Part shown: positions 36,301 to 64,000 of the stretch, one piece after another
How positions within the stretch are numbered: the first letter of the stretch is position 1
Layout of the letters: every line of letters begins with the position of its first letter
Source: Ranitomeya imitator
Taxonomy: Eukaryota
Assembly: GCF_032444005.1 (NCBI RefSeq)
Contig: NC_091289.1
Coordinates: forward strand, 13,454,001-13,518,000
Direction of reading: 5' to 3'
DNA length: 64,000 nt
Translations under genes and position numbers: made by a program
Notes under the pieces: model-generated
Database searches by the model: none
Seen by the model: the letters and a program-made list of their open reading frames with translations, nothing else
What the model was told of the DNA's origin: nothing

Positions 36301-37339
36301 TTGTTAATGCTGGTGAATGTTGACAAATCATTGTACAGAACAAAAAAGTGTTATTCTAGTGAAAATTGCAAGATATCTGACATTTGTTTGCAAGCGTTAT
36401 TTTCAGATTTAAAATTCCCTTTTGATATTGACCTCTAAATAATAATTTTCCAGTATTTCTGAAAATGTCAAATGTATCAAATAAAACCGCCATATAATGC
36501 ATAAATAATATCTTTATTAAGTGTCCAAATAATACTACGATAAATGCTGTAGCTCCTGTAATACTCCTCTCTTTGGTTACGAATACACGTAGCGCCATTT
36601 GTTACACGGCTGGAGTTGCCCTTTAAATGTGAAAATAAACTGTAATGTGATTGAATGTAGCCTGGAATTACTTGGAATTTACTGGCCGTGGAATATTGGG
36701 TGTTTCGGTTTAGATGTGAGCGGTTATAGTGGTGTTATCAGCTACAAATCACAAACTCTCTGCTGCACACTGCGGATATTTTCTGACTTTAGTGGAGTTA
36801 GGCTGTAACTTTAGCAGCAAATGACACGAGCGATATCAGCACAGATACCTGGTGGATAATGGGGTAAAAAAAAAAAAAAAGAAAAAATACAAAAAGAAAA
36901 ACCTACGAATAATAAAAAATAGTAAGCGATTTATAATAATCTGCAACGCTAATGCAAGCAATATGCTTGTCTGGAGGTCATCATAGCACCATATTACAGT
37001 CCCTGAATTCTTTTTTTGTTTATTCTGGTTTACAACCATTTTCTTATATAATGCATTTATATAGTATATATTGTCTATTTACATACAGACATGCGATCGG
37101 CAGGTTGTAGGGATTCCTGTGTGTAGATACAAGCACCCCTGACTGTTTGATAAATTAATGGAAATGTATCTAGAATGATGGTGATTAGTATAAGCCTAGG
37201 GGGTGTCACTGGTTTCCAGTTAGTCACAAGAGAAATGACTGGTTTTATAAAATGGTTTTTAGAATAATCTGATTGATAAGGCGGGAAGATGAGACGGTAA
37301 TGGCTCCGGAATCGCCCTATGAGCTTAACAGATATTTAA

Positions 37340-38900
37340 GTCAGACTGGTTGCTATGGAGACACTGCCTAAGAGCAGCTCAGCTGTCAGGCAGAAAGCTC
37401 TTAGCAACCAGTCTGAGCTTACTGAAGCCTACAACTCAAAGCTGAAGTCATAAGGCTGTTCCTAGTAACTAGACTGAGCTTACTCAAGTCTACTACTCAA
37501 CGGCAAGTTGTCTCTAAGATGTGGCTATATATTAGGTTAGCCTTCAGCAAATCCATAGCAACTAGACTGAGCTTTCTTAAGTCTTCAACTCAAAGTCAAG
37601 TTGTCACTAAATTGAGATTATAGATTAGGTTGTCTGTCAGAAATTTCTTAGCAACTAGACTGAGCTTACTCAAATTTAGAAATCATGGCCAGGTGGTCTC
37701 TAAAATGAGATTATATATTGGATTGTCAATCAGCAAATCCCTATAACCAGACTGAGCTTAAACAAGTCTAAAACTCAAGGTCCAAGTTGCCTCTAAGCTG
37801 TGGCTATGTATTAGGATAGCCTTCAGTAAGTCCCTAGCAACTAGACTGAGCTTTCTTAAGTCTTCAACTCAAGGGCAAGTTGTCACTAAATTGAGATTAC
37901 ATGTTATGTTGTCGGTCAGGAAGTTCTTAATAACTAGACTGAGTTTACTCAAATTAAGAAATCAAGACCAAGTTGTCTCTAAAATTAGGTTATATATTAG
38001 ATTGGTTGCTAAGGACTTGCTGATTGCCAGTCTGAACTTATTCGAGTCTACATCTCAAGGCTAAGATGTCTCTAGGCTGAGGTTACATATTAGGTTTGCC
38101 ATTAGCAAGTCCTTATGAACTAGACTGAGTTTACTGAAGTCAACTTGGTCTTGAGTTGTAAACTTGAGTAAGGTCAGACTAGTTGCTAAGAAATTGCTGG
38201 TGGCAAACCTAGCCTTAGCTTAGAGACAGCTGTACTTTAAGCTGAGGTTAAATATTAGGTTGCTCGTCAGAATGTCCCTAGCAACCAGTCTGAGTATACT
38301 CGAGCTTACAACTCAAAGACCAAGTTGTCATGGAGCTGAGGTTATAAGGTTTTCATTCAGAACTAGACTGAGCTTACTCAAGTCTACAACTCAAGGGCAA
38401 GTTGTCATTAATTTGAGATATTAGGTTGTCTGTTGGGAAGTTCTTAGCAACAAGACTGAGCTTACTTAAGTTTACAAATCAAGGCTAATTTGTCTCTAAA
38501 CTAGGATTATGTATTAGATTGGCAATTAACAAATCCTTAGCAACTAGACTGAGCCTACTCAAGTCTACAACTCCAGGCCAAGTTGTCTCTTATCTGAGGT
38601 TACATATTAGGTGTGCCATCAACAAGTCTTTGGCAACTAGACTGAACTTACTGATGTCAACTTGACCTTGAGTCGTTAACTCAGACTAGTTGCTAAGAAC
38701 TAGTTTAGGGCACACCTAATTTCTGCCCTTAGGTTTGCCCTAAACTAGTTCTTAGCAACTCAAGGTCAAGGTCTTAGCAACCGGCCTGAGCCTAATCAAG
38801 TCTTCAGCTCAAGGCCAACTCCTCTTTAAGCTGAGGTTGGCCATCAGCAAGCTCTTGGCAACTAGTCTGAGCTTATTAAAGTCGACAACTCAAGACTATG
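37340..38900. repeat. Diverged 93-bp satellite with 279-bp higher-order structure and two inverted monomers
   Basis: Core AGCAACTAGACTGAGCTTACTCAAGTC at 37464, 37557, 37650, 37743, 37836, 37929, ~38022 and 38115; inverted copies at ~38141-38205 and ~38658-38700. Confidence 0.85.
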
Positions 38901-39045
38901 TGGTAACTGAACCAAGGGTACAGAACGGGCTACAAGGCTTGGGATTACCCTAGCTTTGCCGTTTGGTAGGTCTTTCTGCCATATTAATCAGATTTTTCTT
39001 TAATCATTCTCCAATGTAACTTACAACCTGTATAAAGTTGTTTTC

Positions 39046-39060
39046 TTTATTTTTTTATTT
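39046..39060 (-). terminator. Candidate COL7A1 polyadenylation signals (AATAAA x2)
   Basis: TTTATT on + at 39046-39051 and 39055-39060, about 280 nt beyond the predicted stop. Confidence 0.5.
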
Positions 39061-39332
39061 TTTAGAAATCTCCCTTTTTGGCAGAAACATAGTATAAAAT
39101 ATAGCACCAATCTCTGCTACGAAAAAAAAAAAGTTCTATGCACCATGTAATAAGAGATACAGAAATCATCATTATATTCACAATAACAAATACAAATATT
39201 TCCCAGATGTGAGGACAGAGGAACACGATTTGGACCCTGTAACTTGCAAAGTTTTCCTTTTTCCTTTCAAACTTTGTGAATCTTCTAAAAATATTATAAT
39301 ATACATCTATTTTTCTACGACTGCGCGATGTC

Positions 39333-63992
<24,660 letters not shown>

Positions 63993-64000
63993 CTGAAAAC

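Noticed and set aside
28500-39000. Urocortin-2 (neighbour of human COL7A1)
   Set aside because: No SLD(V/L)P/T-type CRF-family peptide was seen in the ORF track or in by-eye translation of the unique segments; TBLASTN is needed for certainty.

Overview
Eukaryotic (vertebrate) genomic DNA, most likely a frog; this is inferred from protein similarity and anuran-type repeats and is not proven. Four protein-coding genes all lie on the minus strand. Left to right: a solitary histone H2A variant (557-937), HMCES (6 coding exons, 336 aa), COPG1 (24 coding exons, 874 aa, complete), and the 3' part of COL7A1 (31 exons: end of the triple helix, NC2 and Kunitz domain; the gene continues beyond 64000). 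Exon chains were reconstructed by eye from splice sites and keep frame throughout. Introns and intergenic DNA carry two near-identical IR/DR Tc1 (DD34E) transposons in opposite orientation (one with an intact 340-aa transposase ORF inside COPG1 intron 4), an older deleted Tc1, many MITEs, two probable solo LTRs, a LINE 3' tail, about 15 distinct tandem arrays and two N gaps. The most unusual items are: (1) the H2A variant, with an H2A.X-like core, no SQ(E/D)-hydrophobic tail, a 5'-UTR intron and no histone stem-loop; (2) two GC-AG introns in HMCES, one of them in-frame and stop-free; (3) the inverted Tc1 pair bracketing the COPG1 promoter and exons 1-4; (4) COL7A1-COPG1-HMCES linkage, which is split in human. 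No CRISPR, rRNA or tRNA was supported. Comparisons to human proteins are from memory, not database searches.
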